DNA of 64,000 bases from a virus. Location: positions 1 to 64,000 of IMG/VR virus record IMGVR_UViG_3300043015_002666. One strand, written 5' to 3'. Shown piece after piece: positions 17,590-26,605 of the stretch. Positions within the stretch are counted from its first letter, which is position 1. Each line of letters starts with the position of its first letter. Under the pieces are notes generated by a model, which was not told where the DNA came from, did no database searches, and worked only from the letters and a program-made list of their open reading frames with translations. A program made the position numbers and the translations under genes.

Positions 17590-17873
17590 AACCAGCTCTC
17601 CACGATCACCTTTGCGTCCGCTGGCATGCGTGGCGCTCGATACAAACCGTCCGGGATGTTCTTACGTGCACCATCGAGACTGACAGCGACGGCATGCTCT
17701 TCGCTTGGCTTTACGCCTTCTTTGGTGACGCGGTGCAAGCGAACGACGTACTTATCGCCATAGTCTTCGGTGTTATGCGTGACCACAAAGCTAGGGAATT
17801 CTTGATTGCTGTACGCCTCTTGCAGTAGTTCAGAAAAACGGCCTTTCATTTCGCCTTGGTTCGCTTCGCTCAT
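17586..17873 (-). CDS. hypothetical protein
   Basis: ATG at 17873 forms an ATGA overlap with the upstream stop. Confidence 0.6.
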   Translation of the reverse strand: MSEANQGEMKGRFSELLQEAYSNQEFPSFVVTHNTEDYGDKYVVRLHRVTKEGVKPSEEHAVAVSLDGARKNIPDGLYRAPRMPADAKVIVESWF

Positions 17874-18094
17874 GCTGTTGCCTCGTGTAGTTGTTGTGTC
17901 GCCCATTCATGCGCTTGCTTTTGCGCTTCAGGCGTTGGAAGTTTGCCGGGTAGCTTGATTCGAGTACCAGTATCCCAACCCGGTTTGACTAAGATAACCA
18001 GCCACGCACCGGCCACTAGGCGCAGCGTGCACGCGAACTTATCAAAATCGTGGTAGTAGCTATTTGGCTCGGTGTTGTCCGCTATCCAATTCAT
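17870..18094 (-). CDS. hypothetical protein
   Basis: 74-aa ORF. Confidence 0.6.
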   Translation of the reverse strand: MNWIADNTEPNSYYHDFDKFACTLRLVAGAWLVILVKPGWDTGTRIKLPGKLPTPEAQKQAHEWATQQLHEATA

Positions 18095-18558
18095 TATCGT
18101 GACTCCGGTAGAACAATGATTTCTTGCTCGTGACGACGACTGAAGTAAGCAAGCACCTGCTTTTTCTTAAATTGACGTTTTATGACCTGCCTCTTGCCGT
18201 TATGTGAAAATATCCGTTGCGCTATCTCTGGTGATAACGTCCACGATATCGCGCTTGATATCTCGGATTCGTCATTGATGGCCCGGTAAGCCGTGATTGT
18301 TTCAGGCAATTGAGCAAAGGCTTTGCGCTCGGATGACTTCATTATTTTTTGTCGGGAACGGCGATTACTGCGAAAAAAAGGAAGCCATAACGATTGCTGG
18401 TGAACGGTCCCGGCATCTTTCCAGAGCGTACCTAGCACATTCCAATACGTAGCATCGTCTTGAATCTTGTCCGAAAAGGCACGAAAGGCGACAAAGGCAC
18501 GCGGACCCGGTAAAGCCACCAGCACAGAGACAATTTGCGCGTCGTTAGCATTAGCCAT
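18094..18558 (-). CDS. hypothetical protein
   Basis: 154-aa ORF. Confidence 0.7.
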   Translation of the reverse strand: MANANDAQIVSVLVALPGPRAFVAFRAFSDKIQDDATYWNVLGTLWKDAGTVHQQSLWLPFFRSNRRSRQKIMKSSERKAFAQLPETITAYRAINDESEISSAISWTLSPEIAQRIFSHNGKRQVIKRQFKKKQVLAYFSRRHEQEIIVLPESR

Positions 18559-18853
18559 GCATCACCCCACTTTTGAAAATGTCGATCTGCTCTTCCTCAG
18601 TGCCACACACAGCCGGTTTGGCTGGTTGAACGTCGAGAATGTGAAACCACAAAATTGGGTACTCTTTGCCAGTTCGATCCGCCCGAACAATGACGCGAGG
18701 ATGATCGCCCATACGGTCCTCGATGACCGTACCGATACAATTACGGCCTGAGCGTTGATACTTGATGATTGCGCCACGGCCATAGGTTTTTAACCGGCGC
18801 TTCAGTTCTTGATGAACCTCGTTAAAGAGAACGTGAATAGGCTTAGTGTCCAC
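18551..18853 (-). CDS. hypothetical protein (first gene downstream of the IS)
   Basis: 100-aa ORF with a GTG start at 18853. Confidence 0.6.
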   Translation of the reverse strand: MDTKPIHVLFNEVHQELKRRLKTYGRGAIIKYQRSGRNCIGTVIEDRMGDHPRVIVRADRTGKEYPILWFHILDVQPAKPAVCGTEEEQIDIFKSGVMHG

Positions 18854-18867
18854 CTGAGTTTTCCTTG

Positions 18868-19010
18868 TAAAGAGACTTGACTTCTCCCCTCCCTCACGGA
18901 AGAGGATTCTTAGTTCGACACGCTTTCACTAGGTTGAGTGGAAACACTCAACCCCCGATCCAGTCGCTCCCTGAGATAACCCTGCCAGCCCGACAGTTTT
19001 TATGTTCATT
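18868..19010 (-). ncRNA. putative TnpB guide-RNA (omega RNA) scaffold
   Basis: In TnpB elements this RNA overlaps the tnpB 3' end and the right end. Seen here: GGTTGAGTG-TTTC-CACTCAACC, then TCCTCTTCC-GTGA-GGGAGGGGA with a GNRA loop. Boundaries are not determined. Confidence 0.4.
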
Positions 19011-20065
19011 GCTGCGTTAATATCACGATCATGGTGCGTATTGCATTCTGGACAAGTCCAGTTTCGGATATTAAGCGGCATTGATTCGTGTACGAACCCA
19101 CAACAGCTACAACGCTTTGAGCTAGGGAAGAAGCGATCTATCTCAACGATAGTTCGTCTAGCCCATTCTGCTTTGTATTTGAGTTGGCGAACGAACTCTC
19201 CCCAACTCGCATCAGCGATGTGTTTTGCTAGTTTTGGATTGCGGAGCATGTTCTTCACTTGTAGCGATTCAACACAAACAACTTGGTTTTCGTTTATTAG
19301 TTTGCGAGACAACTTGTGTAAGTTGTCTAATCGACTATCAGCAATTTTCGCGTGTAGACGGGCTACTTTCTGGCGCACCTTAGCGCGATTATTACTGCCT
19401 TTCTTTTTCTTGGCGAGTTGGCGCTGTAGGTATGCCAGTTTGTTTTGGTAGCGTTTGAAGTGGCGAGGATTATCGACTTTCTCGCCGCTATCTGTGATGA
19501 ACAGGTTATTTAAACCTAAATCAATACCAACCGTTTTAGCGGTTACAGGCATTGGTTTAGACTCAAAACGACACAACATAGACACAAAGTAACGCCCTGC
19601 TTTGTCTTTGCTTACAGTTACTGTGGTTGGTGTGCTAGGTAATTCACGCGACCATCTTATGTTCAAAGGATCTTTTGATTTGGCTATGAACAACTGGCCG
19701 TCACGGTATTTGAATGCAGAACTGGTAAGCGTGATGCTTTGCTTTGCATGTTTCTTTTTGAATTGTGGGTATCGAGCGCGATTGCCCCAAAAGTTTTTAA
19801 ATGCAGTTTGTTGATGGCGTAACGCTTGTTGTAGGGGAACGCTAGATACTTCCTTTAACCATTCGGTTTCTGGGTTCTTTTTCAGTTCAGTTAGCTTTGC
19901 ACTGGCTTGGTTGTAGCTGATTGATTCACCATCTTTGTAGTAAGCATCAGTGCGCCAACGCAAGATTGCATTGTAAACAAAACGAGTACAGCCGAACGTC
20001 TTGGTTAGAAGTTCGGCTTGCTCATTGGTCGGGTAAAACCGTTGTTTAATTGCGATCTCTTTCAT
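18929..20065 (-). CDS. tnpB: TnpB (OrfB_IS605) RNA-guided endonuclease
   Basis: 378 aa with the N-terminal RFYPTNEQ...FGCTRFVYN, a zinc finger CSCCG...CPECN, and the RuvC motif HDRDINAAMNI. Confidence 0.9.
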   Translation of the reverse strand: MKEIAIKQRFYPTNEQAELLTKTFGCTRFVYNAILRWRTDAYYKDGESISYNQASAKLTELKKNPETEWLKEVSSVPLQQALRHQQTAFKNFWGNRARYPQFKKKHAKQSITLTSSAFKYRDGQLFIAKSKDPLNIRWSRELPSTPTTVTVSKDKAGRYFVSMLCRFESKPMPVTAKTVGIDLGLNNLFITDSGEKVDNPRHFKRYQNKLAYLQRQLAKKKKGSNNRAKVRQKVARLHAKIADSRLDNLHKLSRKLINENQVVCVESLQVKNMLRNPKLAKHIADASWGEFVRQLKYKAEWARRTIVEIDRFFPSSKRCSCCGFVHESMPLNIRNWTCPECNTHHDRDINAAMNIKTVGLAGLSQGATGSGVECFHST

Positions 20066-20165
20066 GACTTACAAAATACATACTGTTTATGAGGACGGGG
20101 GTTTCGGCCAATTTGACAAAAACGTTACATGCAACCAATCATACACGCTCTTCTAGCCCTGATCA

Positions 20166-20181
20166 ATTCCTAATAGATTTT
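20166..20181 (+). promoter_or_regulatory. copy of the dispersed operator-like motif (ATTCCTAATAGATTTT)
   Basis: ATTCCTAA at 20166-20173. CGTTACATG lies 35 bp upstream at 20123-20131. Confidence 0.5.
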
Positions 20182-20215
20182 TTATATTGCTATATTTTTT
20201 GATGCTTCAGGAGTT

Positions 20216-20244
20216 TATTAAGAAAGGGAAGGGCCAAACGGCCC
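20216..20244 (-). terminator. possible terminator
   Basis: AGGGCC-GTTT-GGCCCT on the minus strand (20229-20244), followed by TTCCCTTTCTT. Confidence 0.4.
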
Positions 20245-20418
20245 TATAAAGGGAAGCTTATCGCCAACGGTCTTTTCTGTTTCGCTTGCGGTCTGACTTG
20301 TTGCCCCGGCTAGTGCCAGTTAAAGCGCGACTCAATACCGCTTTGCCAACATTGACGTGACCAATTGCGCCAACATTGACAGAGCGACCCGGTGAACCGC
20401 CGACCACAATCACTTTTG

Positions 20419-20628
20419 TCACTCTTTAAGCCCTTTGAGGCTTTCCTGTAGCAACACTCCCGCCGTTGCCATGTGCGCGGTAAACTCTACCGGGAGCTCT
20501 TCTGGTAGCTCTTTGCCGTACTCATTCTTATAGGGCTCAATGCGACGCCAGAAAGCACGAATAAAGCCTTCAAAATTGGGATGTTCTTCAATTGGCGCGT
20601 GCGCCCCTTTTGGGTGTGGTTGTGGCAT
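20419..20628 (-). CDS. hypothetical protein
   Basis: 69-aa ORF. Confidence 0.6.
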   Translation of the reverse strand: MPQPHPKGAHAPIEEHPNFEGFIRAFWRRIEPYKNEYGKELPEELPVEFTAHMATAGVLLQESLKGLKE

Positions 20629-20636
20629 AACTCCCC

Positions 20637-20933
20637 CTATGGAATAAACGCGATAATGGCGCTAGTTAGGTTCAACACTGACGGCTCGGTCACATCGTCC
20701 AGCTCTACCGTTTTACCGCCGTTCCCGTCGGAAATACTGACCGTAGGAAGTACCGATTGCGTTAACGCCTCAACAAACGGATCGATATCCGACGCTTGAG
20801 CACACACAATGCTTTCCGGGCCATCCTCGCCAACTTCTAACGACCGGTCATAAGCCGATAACAAAATGTTGTTTTCCAATGCTTGCGTCATGGCGTAGGC
20901 CATCACGTCACGAACCTCTTGAGCAATACTCAT
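20637..20933 (-). CDS. hypothetical acidic protein
   Basis: 98-aa ORF with a TAATG-type junction to the upstream gene. Confidence 0.65.
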   Translation of the reverse strand: MSIAQEVRDVMAYAMTQALENNILLSAYDRSLEVGEDGPESIVCAQASDIDPFVEALTQSVLPTVSISDGNGGKTVELDDVTEPSVLNLTSAIIAFIP

Positions 20934-21529
20934 TATGCTGTCTCCATGTATTTAGTGAATTTCTGGCGTGGTGTGCTTAGTTTGCGGCGAGTAAACAAGA
21001 TCAGAACACTGCCAAAGTTCACCCCCGACTTGCGTGTATGGCCGTCAGCCTCATAAAAGGAATAACGCCCGTTTGGCTCGTAAATCATCGACGCGTAACC
21101 GTCAACAAAGTCTATCCACCAGCCTGATAACAGCTCATAAGGCAATAGCATCATGCCATCCCGGCCCTTAAACATCTCTTCCGTGGCTTTCTGGATAAAC
21201 TCCGGTTTACGGTCGAACGGTGGATTACACCACCAGCCATCTTCCCAATCAGCCTGAAGGCCATCAAAGCCAACGCACGTTGCAGGACCACCGCCGGGAA
21301 CGTTGTTGATTGTGAGCTGTTCTATCCAATTCTTTCGCCCGGCGATCCAGTCTGGCGGCATGAGGTACCGGGAAAACTTCGCGGTTTGTGGCTCGGCAGC
21401 GGCATCAAAGCAAAGCTCTTTACCGGTCGCCTCTCTAAACAGGATTTTTCCATCGTTCACCGCACGCGGATCGGTACCCCATTTATTCTTGATAGACGGA
21501 TCAGTTTTGCTCTTGACCAGAATCGCCAT
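20933..21529 (-). CDS. phage-type DNA N6-adenine methyltransferase (Dam family)
   Basis: 198 aa with KWGTDP, FDAAAEP, GLQADW and the catalytic WWCNPPF, as in small phage Dam enzymes. Confidence 0.85.
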   Translation of the reverse strand: MAILVKSKTDPSIKNKWGTDPRAVNDGKILFREATGKELCFDAAAEPQTAKFSRYLMPPDWIAGRKNWIEQLTINNVPGGGPATCVGFDGLQADWEDGWWCNPPFDRKPEFIQKATEEMFKGRDGMMLLPYELLSGWWIDFVDGYASMIYEPNGRYSFYEADGHTRKSGVNFGSVLILFTRRKLSTPRQKFTKYMETA

Positions 21530-21719
21530 GCTCCCCCCCTTTTAACGCCAGTTCTTTTGCAATAAACAGTTGATCTGATTTCGCTTGTATCGCCGGTTGA
21601 AGGTACAACCCATAGACGGCATAAGGAGCCATCGCTAGAAAGGAAGAGAGGCAAAAGCAAACACAGATACCCACCAACCGAATCGAGTAAGTAAGCAGGT
21701 TAAGTGTGGCGCTATTCAT
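21501..21719 (-). CDS. possible small membrane protein
   Basis: 72-aa hydrophobic ORF overlapping both neighbours. Confidence 0.4.
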   Translation of the reverse strand: MNSATLNLLTYSIRLVGICVCFCLSSFLAMAPYAVYGLYLQPAIQAKSDQLFIAKELALKGGEHGDSGQEQN

Positions 21720-21987
21720 GGATACTCACCCCATCACCCAACGGCTTAAAGTTCAGACTAATGTAGGTCCGCGTACCAGCACACACACCGGCTTTAGGAT
21801 TGAAAACGGTCTTGTTTACCAACGTACCGGTAAAGCGGCCAAAGCCCCGGAACTCTAAACCATCACCGGCAGCGCCCACCGCAATCTGATCCGCCATGGT
21901 TTCAAGCAGCTTCTTGGTTTCCTGCTCGGACAAATCGCACTTCTTGGCAATGCGGGACACCATTTCGCTATGCGTTACGTTCGCCAT
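21712..21987 (-). CDS. HU/IHF-family DNA-binding protein (divergent)
   Basis: 91 aa. MVSRIAKKCDLSEQETKKLLETM...FRGFGRF...NPKAG parallels HU. Confidence 0.8.
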   Translation of the reverse strand: MANVTHSEMVSRIAKKCDLSEQETKKLLETMADQIAVGAAGDGLEFRGFGRFTGTLVNKTVFNPKAGVCAGTRTYISLNFKPLGDGVSIHE

Positions 21988-22274
21988 TACACCATCCCCA
22001 TTACACGACTACGGAACGGCTTGACCGCGTTAAAGTTCAGGTTATGTCGAGACTTGATCACCGCTGGCTCTTTCGTCTTAACGTTTCGGCCCATACGTGA
22101 CGCTTTGAAGACACGCTCAAAACGACCTACGTTGGTAAACAGCACGGCATTGCCGTTTGTCATGGTTTCCACCAGCACTTCATTTAGGTACGTATCTAGC
22201 ACTTTGCGGCATAGGGTTTTAGATAGGCCCGACTGCTCAGCCATGGCTATAGTTACTTCCGCTTTTCCGATCAT
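21987..22274 (-). CDS. HU/IHF-family DNA-binding protein
   Basis: 95 aa and aligns along its length with E. coli HupA (GLSKTLCRKVLDTYLNEV...VGRFERVFKASRMGRNVKTKEP). Confidence 0.85.
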   Translation of the reverse strand: MIGKAEVTIAMAEQSGLSKTLCRKVLDTYLNEVLVETMTNGNAVLFTNVGRFERVFKASRMGRNVKTKEPAVIKSRHNLNFNAVKPFRSRVMGMV

Positions 22275-22531
22275 ACTCCTTTGAACTCCCCGGCTTGTAA
22301 TCGTTGGTTAATGTCTGGCATGGATATGCCTAAATGCTTGAGGTAAAAGTGAAAGGCTTCATGCAAAAATTCTTCGCGGTTCGTGGCACCAGTGAGATGT
22401 ACACCTTCAGATGCGGCGGCGCGCTCGGATTCACTCAGTTTTACACCGCACTTTCTTACGCCAAACCGGTCGAGCTTTTGCTTAAGTTTTGCTTGGCGCT
22501 GCGCTGGCGTCATGGCTTTGGATTTTGACAT
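22271..22531 (-). CDS. hypothetical protein
   Basis: 86-aa ORF, first gene of the operon, with an AGGAAAGG Shine-Dalgarno. Confidence 0.65.
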   Translation of the reverse strand: MSKSKAMTPAQRQAKLKQKLDRFGVRKCGVKLSESERAAASEGVHLTGATNREEFLHEAFHFYLKHLGISMPDINQRLQAGEFKGV

Positions 22532-22548
22532 TGCAGCCTTTCCTACTA

Positions 22549-22564
22549 ATTCCTAATAATTTTA
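22549..22564 (+). promoter_or_regulatory. copy of the dispersed operator-like motif (ATTCCTAATAATTTTA)
   Basis: ATTCCTAA at 22549-22556. A degenerate inverted copy (TTTAGGAAC) is at 22590-22598 and CGTTACATA at 22638-22646. Confidence 0.5.
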
Positions 22565-22644
22565 TGAGATTGTACTCAAAACAAGGTTGTTTAGGAACTA
22601 TGATCAAGGTTCATTCAGGGATTTATTTAAATTTAATCGTTACA

Positions 22645-22673
22645 TAAAAAAAGGCCGACCCAATGGCCGACCT
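22645..22673 (-). terminator. rho-independent terminator
   Basis: Minus strand AGGTCGGCC-ATTG-GGTCGGCCT, a 9-bp stem with two G-U pairs, followed by T7. Confidence 0.55.
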
Positions 22674-22685
22674 CTTTCGATTTGA

Positions 22686-23390
22686 TTATTTGGTTTTTAA
22701 CCGGGAGAAATACCCCGGCAAACCATCCGGTACCGGACCAAACCGGCCAAGCGTACCCAATCGCTTAGCGACGTGATAAAGCGCATCTTCCCATTCTAAG
22801 ATCGGCATGTCATTGAGCTTAGACACCGGCTCCCCGGCTGCATTGGCAAATATCCAAGTCCGCGTCGATTTTCCTTTGGGAATGTGCTCGCCATTCGCTT
22901 TGCAGATCTCAAACGCTTTACTATGCACCACTTTCAAACCGTACAGGTTCGCCAGCAAATCAAGCTTAACCGTTGTCACAATGCCGTCTTCGCCAATCAC
23001 CACCTCGCGCATGATTTCACGGCGGTTCGCTATCACTTCTTTAGTCCATGAGAAGAAAATAAATCGCTCATGCGGTCGCTTGAGATCAAACCGGGCCTCT
23101 AAAAAGCCCATTTCATAAAGCTCTCGAATGGTCCGATAGTTCACTTTGTTAAGTGGTTTTACCGGGCAATAACGCTCTATCTCCGGGTTAAACTCAACGA
23201 CCCAACCACCCAAATACAATTGAAAAATACTCCGCGTGGCAAACTCAGCAGACGGCGCGTAACTCAGCACCATGCCGTCGTGATAAAGCCAGTCACACAG
23301 GAAATTACGAATCCCCTTGGTGCACTTGCGCTTATTAAGCTTAAAGGGCTTGAGCGGTTTTTTCTCATACGTTTGAGATAGCATTGGCAT
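22686..23390 (-). CDS. hypothetical protein
   Basis: Start at the internal ATG 23390 (MPMLSQTYEK), 10 nt after the upstream stop. Confidence 0.7.
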   Translation of the reverse strand: MPMLSQTYEKKPLKPFKLNKRKCTKGIRNFLCDWLYHDGMVLSYAPSAEFATRSIFQLYLGGWVVEFNPEIERYCPVKPLNKVNYRTIRELYEMGFLEARFDLKRPHERFIFFSWTKEVIANRREIMREVVIGEDGIVTTVKLDLLANLYGLKVVHSKAFEICKANGEHIPKGKSTRTWIFANAAGEPVSKLNDMPILEWEDALYHVAKRLGTLGRFGPVPDGLPGYFSRLKTK

Positions 23391-23400
23391 TGACCTTTTT

Positions 23401-24156
23401 TTATGCAATTTCAGGTATGATAGATTCACCATCAAATGATGGCAAATTAATGTAGTCATTTAGTAATTGCCAGCACGCATCAAAGCCTTTCATCGTCACC
23501 ACCAGATAGCCTTGCTTTCTAAAACGTTCCTGCACTTCCTTTTGTTTTTTGCTGGTGGCCCCGGTATCCGTTTTCACTTCCAGCATTAAGCCGTGATACT
23601 TGCCACGCGGCATCATCACCATAATATCAGGCACACCTTCCATTTGGCCTTCGTACATCATGAGGCTTGCTGTTCTGGCGCTACGCAAACCACCATTAGG
23701 CACAGCAAAGATTAATTCGTATTCCTCCGGGAAATAACGCTCCAACATGTAGAACAACCGGACCTGAACCCAATGCTCTTTTAGCTGCGAACTGGTGCGC
23801 TCTTTCTCGTTGCGAATGCCTTGCCCGACGCGGCGCTTGTGCGGCGACGGCACCTGCTCTTTGGTCACTTTCTTGTTAGTGGCAGCAAAAGCAACCTCAC
23901 TATCCGTCTGCATGGCGTGAACCATCCAGTTAGGAATATCAGTTGTATCAATAAACGCGGTTGTCGTCGGAGGCTTCGGAACGATATCTTTTAAACCATG
24001 ACTTACGGAGTTCACCGAACGGTTCATTTCCTTCACCACGCCATCAATATCAAAGTCACCACCATGACCGGCCTTAACGCCCTTTTTCTTCCACTTCTTG
24101 CGCTTATCTACCTGCGCGACCAGAAACGAATTATCAAACCTTGCTGCTTTTGCCAT
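23401..24156 (-). CDS. VRR-NUC (PD-(D/E)xK) nuclease domain protein
   Basis: C-terminal GVPDIMVMMPRGKYHGLMLEVKTDTG...SKKQKEVQERFRKQGY fits the VRR-NUC D...E-x-K core. Confidence 0.75.
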   Translation of the reverse strand: MAKAARFDNSFLVAQVDKRKKWKKKGVKAGHGGDFDIDGVVKEMNRSVNSVSHGLKDIVPKPPTTTAFIDTTDIPNWMVHAMQTDSEVAFAATNKKVTKEQVPSPHKRRVGQGIRNEKERTSSQLKEHWVQVRLFYMLERYFPEEYELIFAVPNGGLRSARTASLMMYEGQMEGVPDIMVMMPRGKYHGLMLEVKTDTGATSKKQKEVQERFRKQGYLVVTMKGFDACWQLLNDYINLPSFDGESIIPEIA

Positions 24157-24209
24157 GCATCACCTACAAAAAGGGCCACTCGATAGCGGCCCTTGGTTAA
24201 TCAATATTG

Positions 24210-24890
24210 TTACGCTTCAGAAACTTCGGCCTCTTCTGGCTCAGCGATCTGCTTTGGTTTGCGCTTCGTTTTCGCACGCTTTGGTTCTTTCGCTTCAGGC
24301 GCTTGGATTTCTTCTTGCTCTGGCTGCTCCGATTGCTGGCTAAAGTTCAGTGGCACATTTTCAATTGCAGCCACCAGCCAGCCACGGTTTTTTACCACGA
24401 CGTCGCGCGCTTTGATCTCTTCAGCACCTTCAGCAAGCAACTTCTCTTCCGTGTCATTCAAAATCGCTTCCACTTGCTCTAACAGAGTGACGCGGAACGC
24501 TCGAACGATACGAGGCAGGCTTTCACCGATAAGCGCGTCCATTGGCTTCATAACGATGTTAAGCGCGATATCTTCATTGCACTGTTTAACTAACTGCTCC
24601 ATAAACTGGTTATCCGATAGGTAATCTAGGAACATATTGACGTGGTAAGTCAGGAAGCCCACCGGCAGGTAAGTCTCGTCGCCGTCATGCACATCTGCAA
24701 AGACAAGGCCAACCTCTGCTTCTGGCTTGCCTAGCTCCTGAAAGAACGACTCACGCGCTTGGTTAATGCAGTGGCGAGCCAACGTCACATAAAACTGAGG
24801 GGCAAAACGCAATTTGCCGTCCGCTGCGATGTGTGCACCTGTTTGTAGTTGGCCGTCTTGCTGTTGCTGTTGCTGTTGTTGCTCTGACAT
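24210..24890 (-). CDS. hypothetical protein with N-terminal poly-Gln
   Basis: 226 aa starting MSEQQQQQQQQDGQ, with an acidic/basic C-terminal tail. Confidence 0.7.
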   Translation of the reverse strand: MSEQQQQQQQQDGQLQTGAHIAADGKLRFAPQFYVTLARHCINQARESFFQELGKPEAEVGLVFADVHDGDETYLPVGFLTYHVNMFLDYLSDNQFMEQLVKQCNEDIALNIVMKPMDALIGESLPRIVRAFRVTLLEQVEAILNDTEEKLLAEGAEEIKARDVVVKNRGWLVAAIENVPLNFSQQSEQPEQEEIQAPEAKEPKRAKTKRKPKQIAEPEEAEVSEA

Positions 24891-25150
24891 TATTTGTTTT
24901 CCTTCGTTTGGATAATCGCCGTTTCGGCTGCTTGATGATATTGAGTGAGTAAGTCTGTAGTTGCTCTCACAACCGGGAATGCCTCACTGAGTAAATAAGT
25001 GGTGTTGCATTGATTGCAATCATGCTGATAACGCTCACCACCCTTATGCATTTGTACTTTCCCATTACGAACAAGGTTAGTGCCGCACGCCTCGCATACG
25101 GCATAAACTTGCTTTGTCATGACAGGAACACTTCGAATAATTACGCTCAT
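24890..25150 (-). CDS. zinc-ribbon protein
   Basis: CEACG...CNQCN. ATG at 25150; the ORF track used GTG at 25156. Confidence 0.6.
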   Translation of the reverse strand: MSVIIRSVPVMTKQVYAVCEACGTNLVRNGKVQMHKGGERYQHDCNQCNTTYLLSEAFPVVRATTDLLTQYHQAAETAIIQTKENK

Positions 25151-25152
25151 GA

Positions 25153-26559
25153 TCACTTACGCTTCTTAGTTTTCTTGCGTGCTGGCTTTTTGGAACCAGA
25201 CGTTTTTGGAGTATTCATTGCGTTGGAGGTGCTTTTTCTTTGCCAGTGCTGATCGCGCACCGGTGGAAACTCGGTACCAAAACGCTTGTTAATTCGGTTA
25301 ATCTGCGCATCTGACGTCGGCACTAAGCGATTGATAGCGTCAATAGACTTTTGAGCCGTGTTGATGATTTCACGCGGAACGTGGTCCATCAGTACGCGAG
25401 TGATATCCAAGGACTCAGGGAAATGGCTATTTTTGATTTCCATGTAAGGCGCAGCTTTCACCACATTTCGAATACGGTGCACGCTACGGTCTACCGCTGC
25501 GCTGTATCGCTCTAGATGCGCATCAATAAAGCCTTCGCGTAAGCCTTCGTGGTGATCTTCACTGATAATTAATGAGCTATCTAAATCTGGCGGAAATACC
25601 AGTTCCTTATTGCTATTCAGGTAAACAAAGTGACCACCGCCAAACTGTTCATTCATTGCAAAACAAACGGCGAAATCAGCATGAGGAATATCTTCAGTTC
25701 TTGCCAGCTCACCCAATGCGCTAGCACGACAAAATACAATCACGCGCCAATCGTCTTTCTCGTAAATGGTTCGTAACTCGTCATACTCGCGGATAAGCGT
25801 TAGATACATGTTGTCATTCGTTAGGCGATCGCATTCCAGCGTTAACAACGTGGTGTAAGCAATCGTGTCTTCAAGCTTGGTTTGAAGCTCATCAAACTTA
25901 CAATCAGAGACAGCCATAAGCTCATCGGCATGAACTTTGATTTCTACCAAGTTCTCAATAGCTTTAGTTTGCTCTTTGTCTTTGGCCTCTAGTATTTGGT
26001 TTCTCTCGTTGAGGCTGGCAATTTTGCCCGACTTCTCTTGCAGCTTTTGCTCAAGCTCTGCAACCTGCTCATGACTTGCGCCCGACTTTTCAGCCAGTGC
26101 GGCCTTAACGCTGTTCTCGATACGCTTAGGCACCCCGGCCAGCTCATCGAGCGCGTGACGGAGTTCGGTTTGTGTCTTAGCCAGTTTTTCTTCTAGCTCG
26201 GTCTTGGCATCAAAGAGCTCGTCATTTTCCGCATTAAGGCGGTCGTTCTCTTTCATGAATCGGTTACGGTCACGACGCATTACATCGGTTTCAGCCTTAG
26301 CGCGATCATGCTTGGCTAAGATATCGTCACGGTCGGCTTTCATTGCGTCGAAAAGCTCACCAAGCTTTTTGTTGCGTGGCGCGGCCTTGGCTTCAAGCTT
26401 GGATTCGAGATCTTCGATAATGAGCTGTTGGAGCTGAATAATTGGAAATTCCAGCTCGTTAATGACGAATGGTGAATCTTTAGGTAAGCCCCAAGGCAAC
26501 TCAACGGTAAAAACGTCGTTCTGCGCTTGGCCTTGTTCGGTTTGTGGTTGTACAGACAT
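25153..26559 (-). CDS. coiled-coil protein with basic C-terminal tail
   Basis: 468 aa with a long heptad-like central region. It sits beside ssb. Confidence 0.75.
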   Translation of the reverse strand: MSVQPQTEQGQAQNDVFTVELPWGLPKDSPFVINELEFPIIQLQQLIIEDLESKLEAKAAPRNKKLGELFDAMKADRDDILAKHDRAKAETDVMRRDRNRFMKENDRLNAENDELFDAKTELEEKLAKTQTELRHALDELAGVPKRIENSVKAALAEKSGASHEQVAELEQKLQEKSGKIASLNERNQILEAKDKEQTKAIENLVEIKVHADELMAVSDCKFDELQTKLEDTIAYTTLLTLECDRLTNDNMYLTLIREYDELRTIYEKDDWRVIVFCRASALGELARTEDIPHADFAVCFAMNEQFGGGHFVYLNSNKELVFPPDLDSSLIISEDHHEGLREGFIDAHLERYSAAVDRSVHRIRNVVKAAPYMEIKNSHFPESLDITRVLMDHVPREIINTAQKSIDAINRLVPTSDAQINRINKRFGTEFPPVRDQHWQRKSTSNAMNTPKTSGSKKPARKKTKKRK

Positions 26560-26605
26560 TTGAAACTACTCTATTTTTGTTAAGCGGGGAGGCTTGTTTT
26601 TTGTT

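Larger units (their letters stand above)
18865..20105 (-). mobile_element. IS200/IS605-family element carrying tnpB only (IS1341-like); ends approximate
   Basis: tnpB plus structured 3' end hairpins at 18932-18953 and 18885-18906. No Y1 tnpA is present. It sits between a regulatory region (motifs at 20123 and 20166) and the operon it would serve. Confidence 0.55.

Noticed and set aside
20243-20413. A possible 56-aa GTG-initiated minus-strand ORF (VIVVGGSPGRSVNVG...).
   Set aside because: It has a weak ribosome-binding site and low-complexity basic sequence, and it runs into the terminator hairpin. The status is too uncertain to call.
24850-24886. CAG/CAA repeat (poly-Gln) as a contingency locus, and likewise the Gln-rich tract in ssb at 26690-26790.
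   Set aside because: The units are interrupted and in frame. Gln-rich linkers are normal in SSB. There is no evidence of phase variation.
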